In this document: in pieces, positions 23,665 to 37,710 of the stretch
Layout: each line of letters starts with the position of its first letter
How positions within the stretch are numbered: the first letter of the stretch is position 1
DNA from: Heptranchias perlo
Taxonomy: Eukaryota
Direction of reading: 5' to 3'
Length of the DNA stretch: 64,000 nt
NCBI RefSeq assembly: GCF_035084215.1
Contig: NC_090338.1
Coordinates: 15,438,001 to 15,502,000, forward strand
Program-made: the position numbers and the translations under genes
Notes under the pieces: generated by a model
Databases searched by the model: none
What the model was told of the DNA's origin: nothing
The model's input: only the letters and a program-made list of their open reading frames with translations

Positions 23665-25413
23665 TAGTCTACGCATGGAGGCAGAGGTCTTGGCTGAGGT
23701 ACTAAATGAGTACTTTGCATCTGTCTTTACCAAGGAAGAAGATGCTGCCAAAGTCACAGTAAAACAGGAGGTAGCTGAGATACTGGATGGCGTAAAACTT
23801 AATAAAGAGGAGGTATTAGAAAGGCTGGCTGAGCTTAAAGTAGATAAGTCACCCGGTCCGGATGGGATGCATCCTAGGTTGCTGAGGGAAGCAAGGGTAG
23901 AAATTGTGGAGGTGCTGGCCACAATCTTCCAAACATCCACAGATACGGGGGTGGTGCCAGAGGACTGGAGAATTTCAAATATTACACCCTTGTTCAAAAA
24001 AGGGTTTAAGGATAAACCCGGCAACTACAGGCCAGTCAGTTTAACCTCGGTGGTGGGGAAGCTTTTAGAAACGATAATCCGGGTCAAAATTAATAGTCAC
24101 TTGGACAAGTGTGGATTAATAAAGGAAAGCCAGCATTTGTTAAATGCAAATTGTGTTTAACTAACTTGATTCAGTTTTTTGATGAGGTAACAGAGCGGGT
24201 TGATAAGGGCAATGCGGTTGATGTAGAGCATATGGACTTTCAAAAGGCGTCTGATAAAGTGCCACATAATAGGCTTGAAAGTAAAATTGAAGCCCATGGA
24301 ATAAAAGGGGCATTGGCAGCATGGATACGAGATTGGCTTAGTGACAAGAAACAGAGAGTAGTGGTGAATGGTTGTTTTTCGGACTGAGGGAAGGTATACA
24401 GTGGTGTTCCCCAGGGGTCGGTACTAGGACCACTGCTTTTTTTGATATATATTAATATCTTGGACTTGGTTGTACAGGGCACAATTTCAAACTTTGCAGA
24501 TGACACAAAACTTGGAAGTGTAGTGAACAGTGAGGAGGATAGTAATAGACTTCAAGAGGACACAGACAGGCTGGTGGAATGGGGGGGTCTCATGGATGCA
24601 GTTTAATGCAGAGAAGTGCGAAGTGATACATTTTGGCAGGAAGAACGAGGCAGCGCAATATAAATTAAATGATACAATTCTAAAGGGGGTGCAGGAACAG
24701 AGAGACCTGGAGGTATATGTGCATAAATCTTTGATGGTGACAGGACAGGTTGAGAGAGCGGTTAAAAAGGCATATGGTATCTTGGGCTTTATAAATAGAG
24801 GCATAGAGCACAAAAGTAAGGATGTTATTTTGAACCTTTATATAACATTGGTTTGGCCACAACTGGAGAATTGTGTCCAATTCTCGGCACTGCACTTTAG
24901 GAAGGGTGTGAAGGTCCTGGAGAGTGTGAAGAAAAGATTTACTGGAATGGTTCCAGGGATGAGGGACTTCAGTTATGTGGATAAACTGGAGAAGCTAGGT
25001 TTGTTCTCCTTAGAAAAGAGAATGTCGAGAGGAGATTTGATAGAAGTGTTCAAAATCATGAAGGGTTTAGATAAAGTAAATATATAGAAACTGTTCCCAT
25101 TGGCAGAAGGGTCAAGAACCTGAGGACACGAATTTATGGTGATTGGCAAAAGCACCAATGGCGATGTGAGGAAAAATGTTTTTATGCAGCGAGTAGTTAT
25201 GGTCTGGAATGCGCTGCCTGAAAGGATGGTGGAAGCAGATTCAATTGTGGTTTTCAAAAAGGAATTGGATAAATACTTGACGGGAAAAAATTTGCAGGTC
25301 TACAGGTAAAGGGCGGGGCAATGGGACTAACTGGATTGCTCTTACAAAGAGCTGGCACGAGCTCGATGGGTCAAATGGCCTCCTTCAATGCTGTAACCAT
25401 TCTATGATTCTAT
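23665..25413 (+). mobile_element. CR1 LINE (RT domain to 3' end), decayed
   Basis: KSPGPDGMHPRLLRE, NYRPVSLTSVVGK, GVPQGSVLGP, FADD; TTCTATGA-type tail. Confidence 0.9.
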
Positions 25414-27143
25414 GGGGGTTAAATTGAATAAGGCCTGAATCCGGGAGCGGGCACTGGGGTCTGCGATTAACCCACACCCGTTGGTTCCGACGCAGGCAGC
25501 ATGAGACATTCGTGCTGCCTGGCCACTTACCTCTTCGAAGAGCAGCAATCTGGCCTTGCACCAGGTTCGCACTTCTCACCAGCAGTGGGGGCCCAAATAT
25601 CACATGATTTGTTCGCACCTCTTAAGGGTTGTCAGCACCTCTTAAAGGCAGCCTGCACCTCTTATTTGCAAAAAAAAGATATGGGTCCGCACGGAGTTTT
25701 TTTAAATTCGTTCATGGGACGTGGGCATCGCACACGTTAAACATGGATTTGGGTCCCATCCCTATTTACAAACTGAGAGTTACGTTAAAATATGGAATAA
25801 AGGTTGCGCACTACTAAATCCCACATCCTCCAATCTGCACACCAGACCTCACCAATCTGCCGATCTGAGTTTGTACCAGGCCTGCGATAGTGCGTGCACC
25901 AAGGTTCTCTGCTGATGCACTAAAGGCCCTGTTGCAAGAAGTGGACAAAAGGAGGGGCATCCTATATCCACGGGAGGTGGGGGGGGGGGGGAGAGCGGCA
26001 AGAGGCCCTCCAGACATATGCTCAAGAGACAGTGGGAGATTAAATCAATGCCAGGCGCACAGCACCACGATCTTGGAGGCAGTGCAGGAAGAAGTTCAAT
26101 GCTTTGACACGAGTGGTCAAGGTGAGTGAGGCCAACTGTCAAGTGGCATCTCCTACCATCTGCACCACTAGCCGCATCCACTGCTTAATGCTCTACATCC
26201 CCCATCACCCACCTATGAACAAAGTATTTCCATCAGTACTCAATTCTTCCAATCAGAAGCTTACTTTTACCCTCACACATTACCACTGTGGCAAACTGCA
26301 CACCCACAACACACAGGTCACACACACTAGCAGCTATTCAACATGACAGGCACATCACCCAGACATCCTGCAGGACACTCATCGACACACCTCTCGCTTT
26401 CTTGCAGGAGAACATGGTGCATAACAGGAGGCAGCAAGTGGCTGTGGCATTTAGCCCTTCGAGCCTGTTCTGCTATTCATTGAGATCATGGTTGATCTGT
26501 GATCTAACTCCACATACCCGCCTTAGCCCCATATCCCATAATACCCTTGGTTCACAGAAATCTATCAATCTCAGATTTGAAATTCACAATTGAGCTAGCA
26601 TCAACTGCTGTTTGCAGAAGAGCGTTCCAAACTTCTGCCACCCTTTGCATATAGAAATGTTTCCTAACTTCACTCCTGCAAGTCCTGGCTCTAAATGTTA
26701 GGCTATGCCCCCTCGTCCTAGTATTCAAGTATAGGAGACCTCCAAGAACAGGTACAAATGCATCAGCAGCCAAAAGCAATAATCCATCAACTAACGTGTA
26801 AATCCTGTATGGTTCCTTTAAATAGCGCTGGTGGGGGATCCTCCAGGCCGTCTAAGACATGTTCAGGTGTTCGTGTTTAAGACAATGTGTTGAGTGGAGT
26901 GTTAAGTGCCAAAAAGATGACCATCACTTTAAATCAGCGTTGCACAGTGACCTAACGCATATTCTCCCTACTTTACATGCTGCCGGCATTCGTTATCTAC
27001 GTGTGCCCGAAATCCGTAACCAAGATGGCGTCCGGCGCACGTAATGCTAGAAGCGTGCGCACGCATCCCGGACGTCATTTTGGAACTTCGGGAGGCCGTG
27101 TAGCGCCGAAATAACGGGCGCTACATGGCCGAATTTCTAGCCC
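25414..27143 (-). mobile_element. Non-autonomous Harbinger-derived composite element (same family as 6712-8365)
   Basis: Ends GGGGGTTAAATTG ... GAATTTCTAGCCCC, Myb/SANT remnant RAPRFSADALKALLQEV, CR1 tail at about 26455-26722. Confidence 0.75.
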
Positions 27144-28143
27144 CCAGATTCTCTGATTCAGTCAAGGTTTCAGAAGGAGGTCGGAAAAGTGTGGATGAGC
27201 GTTCCCCTGGGAGGGAGAAAAAAATAGTGACAACAACTCACCTCATACTTTTCTCATGCACCTCCCTGTGGCAGGTTAGAGAGTAACTTTAGCAAAGACC
27301 TGGAAATAGGCCACCTGTCCACTCAGGTAGGAAATGGTGCAAAAGACTTGATACCAAAAGAAAAAGTGATAGATTGTGGTATTGGAAATACAGACTACAA
27401 AAATTATATTGTTCGAGATTACTCATTCCAAGTAACTGTGCCCGTGTGATGAATGTTTTGATAACTGATTTTGCAACTAACTACAAAATTTGGGAATTTT
27501 TATTCCTGACTTTGATCGCACGACAAGAACGTAAAGAAATTGCAGAAGGCTTTTTAACCAGCATAATAGCAGAATATGTGATACAAAAGAAGGCCATTTA
27601 ACTCATTAAGCTCACTTCTACCAGACAGCATGAACAATTTTCCTAATCATGGACTCTGTCCTAAACATTTAAGGGGTGATTTTGTGTTTTGCACCTGAAT
27701 AGCACTGCATCTGAATTTTCTGTTTGGTTTTTCAGGTGGTTGGTCCTGAAGTTAGTTGAACAATATAAATTGCATGCAACTAGGTGTCGGAGTCCTGTGC
27801 CCTCAGATTCCCTATTCTGTTGATGGGTGCAATTCGGAGGCAAATTTACTCCGAAACAAGAAACCTGGAGCTATAGTTTCCAGAGCTATAAAGTTAAATT
27901 TCCAAGAGTAAATGGCAAGCAAGTTATTTCTGCTCCCTTCCCAATCCCATTTCACATGGACCTGGGACAGTAAGTCGGCCAGGCAGTCATTCTATAATTC
28001 CTAACCAATCATTCTACGGCCAATCATTCCCCGGCCAATCATTCTCTGGCCAATCACCGCCACTTCCTGGATTTTCTGCTAGAAGTGACACTGGTCAAGT
28101 GTGGGTCGTATTCAAATGAGTTGCAGGGACAGAGTGACATCAT

Positions 28144-30183
28144 GGGCCCGATTTCACCAGGGGTGCGGGTTCTTGGCGGGTGGGCCAGCGGGCGCGTTTT
28201 CAAAATTAGTGGGTTGCCCGCACGATCGTAGCAGGCAACACACTAATTGGGTTCACTTACCTGCTCCTCTGGGTTCCCCGCTGCTGATCTGCGCGTCGGG
28301 CGGTCTGCACATGCGCAGTAAGATCTGTCAGCTGGAGGAGCTCTATTTAAAGGGGCAGTCCTCCACTGACAGATGCTGCCACAAACAGCAAAAATTACAG
28401 CATGGAGCAGCCCAGGGGGAAGGCTGCTCCCAGTTTAATGATGCCTCACCCCAGGTATCATTAGATGGGGTGAGGAGGAGGGGGAGGATAGAGATCTTCC
28501 ACCCGGCGGGCGGGAGGAAGCGGCCTGCCTCTGCCACCAAGAAGGCCTGGCTCAAGGTGGCAGAGGAGGTCACCAGCACCACCAACATATCGCCCACCTG
28601 CATACAGTGCAGGAGGCACTCCATTGACCTCAGTAGGTCAGCCACAGTGAGAACACGTAGTCTTTCCCCTACACTCCATCTGCCACAACACTGCCCCCAC
28701 CCTACATCTCCTTCGGCACTGCCAACACTACTCTGTCACATCACCCCTCATACCCATTCAAACCTCATCCTCATCTTACCTGCACCTACTCACCTCGCCA
28801 GTACTCACCCCGCCACTACCACGCAACCCAATCCTCATACAATCTCATGGCTCTATCCCATACTCACCCTCTCGTGCATCTCTCTCACGGCCAGCCTCAC
28901 TCAACCTGCCACCACCTCTGCTGCAGCCACAGGGCATGCATCACATATGTGCAGTAGGCAGCGTAAGGCAAACGTGTCGTGAGCATGAAGGGGATGCACA
29001 AGGGTGTTTGAGGGTTTGTCATGGTTCTTACTTCTATTGAATTAAAGAACAACTCACATCACACATTATATTGGCACCACTACTGCCATGTCTTCGCGAA
29101 GCCTGTCCGGTTTGTGCAATAATGCCCGCTCCTGGGTATCCCTATGAGGACCCACCACTGATGACATCCAGTGTGTCACTGCAGAGTGGGTGTAGGTGTA
29201 TTTGCAGGGCTCTTCTGCGCAGACGACTGAGAGACATCGGGGATGTCCCCGGTTGCAGCCTGGAAGGCTGTGGAGCAGAAGTTCGGGAGGGCAGTGGTGA
29301 CTTTGACAGCGACAGGTAGGAAGATGGTGCACGGGCCAGCCAGGAGCAGTTCGGCATGAAAGAGGCTGCAGATGTCCACGGCTACATGTCGACTGACTCT
29401 GAGCCTCCGTGTGCACTGCTGCTCAGAGAGGTCCAGAAGGCTGAGCCTTGGTCTGTGGAACGTGTGGCGAGGGTAGTGCCCTCTGCGACGCATCTCTCTC
29501 TGCAGTAGCCCTCCCTCCTGCTGTACAGGTGGATGTGTCACAGCACTCTGTTGTGGAGCTCCACGTGTCAGAGGTGGACGGCGTGGATGGAGAGGCTGGT
29601 GAGGCTGGTGATGCTGTTCGCCCTCCGAGGAGGTCATGACTGCAGCTACGGCGGCCCCCATCCGCAAGATGTACATCTGAGGGGGTCCGCAAGGTAGGTA
29701 CATGTCTCAGGACCCCGGGGTAAGTGTGCAGGTTGGTGATTTCGAGCATCAGGAGGAGGGTGGTGGAGGCCAAACTTTGTCCCAAGTGACAGAGCGGCCT
29801 CCTGCAATGGCTGAGGGTCTCCCCACCCCACCTGTCAAATGGACCTTTGCAGCTGCCACAGGCTGACAGCTGCAACACGTCCATTTCAACTGGGAGTGTG
29901 TGAAACAGTCCCACGTTTATCCAAAATCACACACAGTCCCTTAATCAGGTCAGTTAATGACCTGAACAAGCAAAGTAAATACTCTCAAGTGGCATCCCGC
30001 TGGCTTTAATTGCCTGCGGGATTCCCACCAGTGGGGGCTGCGCGCGCACGCCGGCGCGTCATTGGGGAACCCGGAAGTGGGCGGGGATCGAGGCGTGATC
30101 CGGTCCCGCACCTGGATTTCGGGATTTTCGGGGGCCCCCCCCCGCCGAGAACGCATCTGGTAGCGGGTGCTAAAATCGGGCCC
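28144..30183. mobile_element. Internally deleted Harbinger element, 2040 bp
   Basis: TIR GGGCCCGATTT/AAATCGGGCCC, TSD CAT. Retains the 5' ends of the Myb/SANT (+) and transposase (-) genes. Confidence 0.85.
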
Positions 30184-30502
30184 CATGTGACATATTTTCT
30201 CACATCTAGTCTGATTACAATGGGCAGGAGGGGATTTAACATTTAAAATGCTCCTTACAGGAGTGTAATGGACCACAAATATTGTTTAAAAATTTACTGC
30301 TCTTCAGCTCCTCTCTATTGCTTTGAGCTGTATAGTTTGACTTTTGATGTTAAACTGTTATATGTGAACACCTATGACTTTGAACTCTTAATAACGTTGT
30401 GTGCAACAGGATATGAAAAATAAGAGGTTATCATAATAAAAGAGCAATAAATGGGAAGAACTTTCTATGGAGGTTACTAAGAGCAAAATCTGAGACACTT
30501 AC

Positions 30503-30772
30503 TGTTAACCTTCAGATAATATGGAATTGAAACCTTGGGCGAGTTTTGATGAAACAAAACACATGTCCAGTTCCTTCTGTCTCGATGGGCTTTCTGAATA
30601 ATCAGCTGTAAACATTTCTGTTCCTGCTTCTGTTCCTTAAAAGTTTTCTCTTCAACAGTTTTGCCATCATTATTGATCCAAACAAGCCTAATTGATTCAG
30701 TGACATCCGAGACAGAACAGGTCAGGGTAACGGTGTCTCCCTCAGTCACTGTATCAGATGGTTCAGCTCTGA
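30503..30772 (-). CDS. Ig domain 8 exon (C2-like, W-x-C; paralog of D4)
   Basis: VTLTC..RLVW..RNWTC, 270 nt, acceptor TTACACAG, donor A|GTAAGT. Confidence 0.9.
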
Positions 30773-30850
30773 CTGTGTAAACAAGGAAATCATTTAGATT
30801 TTAAACAATGACTATATTATTAAAAACAGCTGCAACATTCTGTCTCCTAC

Positions 30851-31189
30851 CTTTAACTGTGATTAGTTTAATGGTCACATATGGATATGGCCCCAGAGAA
30901 CATGTGTAAACCCCGGCATCTTCGAACAGTACAGGGACAATCCTCACAATGAAGTACTTGCGATTAAAATTTGCCATTGTGGGTTCCAGTCGAGTCCCAA
31001 AGTAGGTCCTGTTTAGTTTGATAGGCTTAGAGCTGAAAGTAGAAGCTATTTCTTCCTCTTGATTCTGAAAATGATGTGACCTCCAGGTCCATTTAGTTTT
31101 AGTGTACTCAGATTGAGCTTCACAAATCAGGTAGAGTTCACTGTGATCTGTGCCTGACCGATAAAGTGTGTAACTCTTATTATTTAAAT
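30851..31189 (-). CDS. Ig domain 7 exon (V-set; paralog of D3)
   Basis: Open 339 nt, absent from the ORF track: DLNNKSYTLYRSGTDHSELYLICEAQSEYTKTKWTW...FEDAGVYTCSLGPYPYVTIKLITVK. Acceptor CTATTGCAG, donor G|GTAGGA. Confidence 0.9.
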
Positions 31190-31578
31190 CTGCAATAGAG
31201 AGACAGGAAACAAGGTGTTAGAGTTTAACTACTGAGATACAGATGTTCTGAATTTCCACAGGGCCAAACAGAGTCTTCCTGGCATAAGTCAGCTGAGATT
31301 GCAGCATTGGGACAGGAAAATCGGCTGGGGATACATTGGCTGCCAGCCCAGTCTGCCCATTGTTTAAAGGCCTGGTTGTGGTTCACAGTCCATCTGCCCC
31401 AAACATGGCCCCCAATATCAGAGAGAGTTAGAGGCAAAAAGCCTGCAAACTGTGTAGCAAGAGCTATGTGGAAGATAGTGGGACTGGCAGCAAGTGGAAG
31501 ATCTCTTACTTCAGGACACTGTTACAATGTTGCAAGACAATGGCCAGAATCTGTGCCGAGCGGCGTGACAGCGATCGC

Positions 31579-31660
31579 TGCAGCTCCTGTGAATTAAATT
31601 AACAAATGTATTTACTGCAGCTCCTGTGAATTAAATTAACAAATGTATTTACTGCAGCTT
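31579..31660. repeat. Tandem duplication of a ~37-bp unit inside a MITE-like element
   Basis: CTGCAGCTCCTGTGAATTAAATTAACAAATGTATTTA present twice, plus a partial third start. Confidence 0.8.
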
Positions 31661-32344
31661 CTGTGGCGTCGACTTGCTTGATTTTGAAGTTTTGAAAAAT
31701 TGCACGCAGTCTACTCAGCCTCTGAGCAGCGTAAATCGATGCGCATGGAACAGTCTGTGAGAATAGAAGACACGCCCACAAAACCTGTCAGGAAGAGAAG
31801 TCACGCCCACAAGCAGGCAAGCAGACTTCATTCATTTAAAATTAATATTCTGGAAGTCATTGTAAACAAAAAGTTAAAATTTTTTAAATAAAAAGCCAAA
31901 GAAATATTTGAATTAAATTAGAGTCAGAAAAAAAATAATTTTTAAATTTAATTTTTTTTATGGTCAAAAACTATTAAAATAAGAGTAATATGAGACTTCA
32001 CATTTTTTAAAATGTAATTTTTAGTTGTTTCGCAGCCATAAAGAGTTTCTTTTAAAACTTAGTTCAGACCTGTTATTTTTAAGTGGACCTGTTTGGTGGT
32101 GTAATTAGTTACTTTCCAGCTGGGCAGATGAGCAAGTTTGTGATATTTCAGTGATTTCAATGATTGCAGAATGCGATGGCCCTTTAATTCGAAGCTGCCA
32201 AATTGCCGGCGAACCAATAGGATCAAGTTCACGATTAGTGCACACATGCAAACGCGGAAACTTGCTCCTTCGTTTCGCCGTAAAAAATGGAGAGCGCTGT
32301 TCAGCTCCTCTGTTATTTCAGGAGCAATTTCTGCCCCAATGTTG

Positions 32345-32590
32345 CAAGAACAGGGAAATTCTCTCTGGTGTTCTGGCCAATATTTATCCCTCGACCAACT
32401 TCACTAATAACAGATTATCTGGTCATTATCGTATTGCTGTTTGTGGGATCTTGCTGTGCCCAAATTGGCTGATGCATATCCTACATTACAACAGTGATTA
32501 CACTTCAAAAATATTTCATTGATTGTAAGTGCTTTGGGGCATCCTGAGGTCATGAAAGGCGCTACATAAATGCAAGTCTTTCTTTCTTTC
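32345..32590 (+). mobile_element. DeuSINE-like SINE
   Basis: Homologous to 20660-20945 and 63350-63790. Confidence 0.65.
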
Positions 32591-33828
32591 ATTCAATAGT
32601 CTGACAACAACAGCAAAGGTAGGAGCTGTGCCAGCTATGTGGCTAGATTAATACATATCATAAAATCACTGAGACAAGAGCACATCGTAAAACCTGATGT
32701 TCCTGAGTGGAGGCTAAGGAAAGTCAGTCCTTGGCTCCAAAGTGGATAGATGATGATCTTAGGAGTCCTGCTATGAAGAAAAGGATGCTAACATCTGCAT
32801 ATATCCACTTAACAGGGAGGTTTTTAGGCTTCTGAGTGTGTCCAACATGGAAGCATTTACTAATGGAGGCCTAATGGAGAGATCATTGACAACCAGATTC
32901 AGATTTCCACAGAGCAGCTTCTCGGAGTGTTTGGAGGATATCAGGTACACTCTGTCAGGAGTTTGAAGAGACTAAAGATTCCATTTGATCTGTTCACCCA
33001 CAGACCAGCAGTCATCAGCCTTCTGACCCTTCTTTCAGGGGAATCGCAAGAGACTGTTCCCAGGAGCCTATTCTCCCTCATGACAGCAGCTCAGGGGAAC
33101 TCTCAGGACTGTCCTCTCAAATAACTAAGAGTTTCTCTGCAGACCCAGACTGCTGAGGGTCCAAGCCCAGAGAAGCAATTTGTGGTGGGTCCATCCTAAG
33201 ATTCAGCAGTCCTGAGAGGAGGTCAACCTCTGGTCCTAGAGGTTCATTCTGAAGGTCAGAAGCCATCTACATCACAGAACCCAAGGCCTTGAGTGGCAGG
33301 TAGAAGTGTTAGAATAGGGCAAAAGAGATATTGTAAAGCAACAAGGGGTAAGCAGAGTGGTGATTCTTAGTTAATTGTGTTTAAAATTTGTTCAAGACCG
33401 ATAATGATGTTGTCACATTTTGGGGATTCTTTGACCTTTTTTCCAAAGAAAGGATTTGAAAAAAAGAGTAACCTTTAATGTTAGGATTTAAAGCAAAGTG
33501 TATTCATACAAGTTAAAATAAAATATAGGCAGTCAAAATGATTTACAGTTAAACTTTGATTTTCTTTCTCCATGGTCTATGGACAATAACCATTTTGTTA
33601 AGCTGTCTCATCAATCGATGATCAATAAATGCCTCAGACCCATTGTGTTGGGCACCTCTGTTCCCCACGGGTTTTTAACAGAAGGCGATAAAATAGAGAC
33701 AGAGACATAGGCAGACAGGCCGATCCATCAAAGACTGCAACGTCAGTCAAACTTGAAACAGAAAGCTGCAAGGGCAAGTTTTGGCCGGGCTCAGAAGTTT
33801 AGTATGTAGGAGGGTAGTTAGGGATATT

Positions 33829-36800
33829 GGGCGCTAAGTTGGGCCCTAAATTGGGCTGTGAAGCGCTTCTTGGATGCGCACACATGTGTGCCGGATGCCA
33901 TCTTGGTAAAGGGTTTAGCGCATGCGCAGAGAACAAACGCCGGCATCATTTAAATAGAGAGAAAATGCGTATAATCAGTGTGCAAAGCTGATTTAAAGTG
34001 ATACACACCATTTTGTGACTTAACGCTCCACTCAATGCACTATCTTAACCACGCACACCTGAACATGTCTTAGAGTACTTGGAGGACCCCCCAACCAGCA
34101 CTATTAAAGAGATCATACAGGTGTTGCAGGTTAGTTGCTGGATTATTGCTCATAGAATAGGAAGTGTTTGTTGAAGCTCCCTATACTTAGAGAGAGTTGT
34201 TAGGGTATATTTGAGAGTGTTGTGCCAGGTACTGCCTTACAGTTAGGAAAGTTACAACAGTGGTTGAACAAGATTCCTGGCAACCATGGTGATCTGCTAG
34301 GGCTCCTGTTGGACATCGAACACGACTGGGATCATGTAGAGAGGCCACGGAGAGCAGGTCAAACTGCGAGGAGAGGGAGGAGGGGGAGGAGGGGCAGGAT
34401 GCGCAGGGCACTGAGCAGGAGGCCATATCACATTAGGACCTTCAGAGAACAAACCCTTGCCTCAACATGAGTGAAGATCAGTGCATCCAATGGCTGAGGT
34501 TCACCAAAGAGGTTGCGATGGAGATATGTCACCTGCTGCAGCCGCAACTACCGCCTCAGAGCAGGGCAAGGACAGCATTGCCTGTGGCTGTGAAGGGAAA
34601 TGTGGCATTGAACTTCTATGGCTCTGGATCCTTTCAGGCCTTTGCTGGCGATCTGTGCAACATCTCGCAGTTTGCAGTGCAGTGCTGCATAAGGGAGGTC
34701 ACGGAGGCACTGTATGAGATGTGCAACAGATTCATCATGTTCTCTCCTGATAGGGACAAGCAGAACGAGTGAGCACGAGGGTTTTCTCGCATTGCAGGCT
34801 TTCCCATGATGCAGAGTGCCATTGACTGCATGCGTATTGTCTTGAGTGCTCCACATATCAACTCGGCCATCTTCAGGAACCGTAAGGGGTTCCATTCCCT
34901 GAATGTGCAGCTGGTGTGTGACCGCACGCATCGTATCATGGAGGTCGATGCCCGCTATCCTGGGAACAGTCACGATGCCTTCATTATGCAGCATTCTAAC
35001 CTGCCAGCTATCGTTCAACTGGCTCGGCAAGTCAAAGGCTGGCTGCTGGGAGACGAGGGTTATCCCCTCATGTGGTGGCTCATGACTCCGGTGCTGCATG
35101 CACGCACATGTGCAGAGCAGGCCTACAACGAGAGCCATGCAGCCACATGCAACCTCGTCGAGCATACCATAGGCTACGTAAAGACACGCTTCCACTGCCT
35201 GGACTGTTCTGGAGGAGCCCTGCAGTACTCCGCTAAGCGGGTGGGAAGATTCGTGGTGGTATGCTGCATACTGCAAAACCTCGCTATCATGAGGGACCAG
35301 CCCTTGCCACCAATTATCTGGCAAGACTCTGAGCCAAAGGGTGAAGAGGAGGAGGAGGAAAAGGCTGAGGAGGAAATGGCGGAAGATGCCAGGGGGCAAC
35401 AAGGAACATGGGCCTTGTCTGCAAGGGCTCTGCGTGCTCACCTGATCCATGCTCGGTATCAATAATCATCAAATCGCTCTCCATCTGCTAACACATTGAT
35501 TTCTCCCTCAGTTCATCGCAGAAATAAAAACCACCACCAAATGCAAATTCAGAGTCACATTTATCAATTATCAAATTAAATTATGCAAACAAAAAGGAGA
35601 CGATTCACCCTTGTGCATTCCCTTAATGCCTGTTGTTTGTGTGCCTTTACCTGTCCTAGTGCTCCTACGAGGTGCATCTCCAGTTGGCTGGAGCATGGGT
35701 GGTGCAAGGCTGCTGACCTTCAATTGAGGAGTGTGCAGATGGCCTTGGAGGATGACCTTGAGCAGCTCTGGGCCGGGAGGGCCCGGCTTCGGACTGCACC
35801 ATTTCGGCATAGGCTGCAGCAATCTGGCCAGGCTGAAAGGCAACAACAAGGGCACTGGTGGAGAGGCAAGGGTGGGAGCAAGAATGCTGTCATCCGGAGA
35901 GAGGGCAGCAGTTTCGACTGCCATGGCGACACTGCCACTCTCTCAGGGCGAAGCCTCAGCACTCCTGGTGATCAGCTGGAGAACAGATTGCTGGAGTGCT
36001 GTGACGCCCTGGGAGCCCCGTTCCACAGTGGTCCCCAGAGCCACGATAGCAGCAGTCTGCGTTTCCATTGCAGCAGTCTGAGCTTCAACCGTAGCTTGCA
36101 GACCTTTCATCATATCGCTTTGTGATGCAATGGCAGCTGTTTATTCTGCAGTGGAAGCCGCGACATCGGCCATCAGACGCTGCATCATGGTGGGTTCCAC
36201 AGGTGTGCTGATGGAGGTGACCACCCGTTCCATGTGGGAAAGGATGGGCTCTAAGCTCTGCGCAAAGCCCCCTTGACATTGTGCACGGGCTTTCTGGCAA
36301 GCTTTCCAGTGCACCAAGCATCTGGTTCTGTACGTCCATCAGCCATCTTCTGTAGCCTGGGCCTCAAAGTCCTCATCTGACTCCTCTACAGCAGAACTAG
36401 TGAACGACCTTGCCCTCCAGCGAGCTTGCACCTGTGGTATTCGTTCTCCCCGCTCCGGGTCCTGAGCATCTGTGGTCGGTGTCTTACCACATGCAGATCC
36501 CTCCTCCAACCTAGCCTCTAAAGGATGCACAGTGTCAGTCTCTGAGCTGGTGGATGCGAGTGTCAGATCAAATGACGGTGTGGTTTCAGCTTTCTCGTCC
36601 TCCTCCTCCTCAGATGGTGCCGGCTCCTGTTCTTGGGTATCTGCAATGACAAAGGGAAACAGGTTGAGATGTGCACCCTGGTGAGGAGCACATAAGATTT
36701 TTGTGCTGGCAGCACCTGCAGCACTTGAGTCAGAAAAGATTGTGGGAGGATGAGATGTGGGAAACGAGAAGGAGCATTAGATACGCAGAGACCCCCTTCT

Positions 36801-37710
36801 TTGGGACCTCCAGTGCAGCATGTGGTCACAGCTGCAGCGACGGCCCGCTCAATGATCCAAAGCATGGTCTCCTCCATGGGGGTGAAGGTATGTAGGCGTG
36901 CTCGTCCTCCTTCAGGTCTCTCCTGCTGCCGGCTGTTATGCAACACCTTCTCCTGCAAGACAGAAGGCCGTGTGTCAGTGAATATCCTGCAAGGTGTCTG
37001 GGTGATGTGTCTGTCATGGTTGAATAGTTGCCAGTATGTGTGACCTGTGTGTGGTAGTTGTGTGACCTGCAAGTGTAGTACTATGTGAGGGTGAGATGCA
37101 GCATGCCGAGTGCAGCATTGCATATGGATGGGCAATGTTTGTTGGTGGGTGGATGACGGGGGGTGTTGTGTGTGGAGCAGTGGTGCAGTTGGTCGGATGT
37201 GCCAATTGACACTTGCATTCACTCACCTTGACCACTCGTATCAAATCATTGAATTTCTTTTGGCACTGCACCCAAGTGCATGGTGCAGTGCACCTGGCAT
37301 TGACTTCCTGGGCCATAGCCTCCCAATGGCTGCAGAGCTCGAATCTGGAGGGTCTTCTACCACCCTGTGGGTACAGGATGGACCTCCTTTCGTCCACCTC
37401 TTCCACCAGGGCCTCCAGTGCATCGTCGGAGAAGCATGGGGCGCGCTCTCGAAACGGTCCAGCGATCCTTCCTGTCATCTTTCACTCCTCACAGTAGACT
37501 GTGCACCTGCCATTTAAAATGTGCACCTGCACCTTTAAGAGATGCAGGCTGCCTGTGACGAGTGCTGGCCACGCCCCATTTCGGGTTTCCTGATTTTCAT
37601 GCTAATTAGCAGGAAGCTCACTTGCTGCCTGAGCAGGAAGTACCAGGCGCGGGTTAGTCGCAGATCGTGGTCCCCACGCCCGGGTTCGTGCCTTATCCAA
37701 TTTCACTCCC
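33829..37710. mobile_element. PIF/Harbinger DNA transposon, second lineage, decayed
   Basis: HARBI1-like transposase on + at about 34286-35465 (AIDC, NRKGFHSLNVQLVCD, PGNSHDA, LLGDEGYP). Myb/SANT gene on - at about 35571-37478 (APCFSDDALEALVEEV, QCQKKFNDL). Confidence 0.88.

Noticed and set aside
28101-28982. 293-aa ORF as a novel protein
   Set aside because: It reads through a Harbinger end, Myb exon 1 and its intron in C-rich sequence. The sister copy at 38714-40753 has stops.
34286-35465. Domesticated HARBI1 host gene
   Set aside because: It contains stops and frameshifts, lies within terminal repeats and is paired with a Myb/SANT gene, as in an ordinary transposon.
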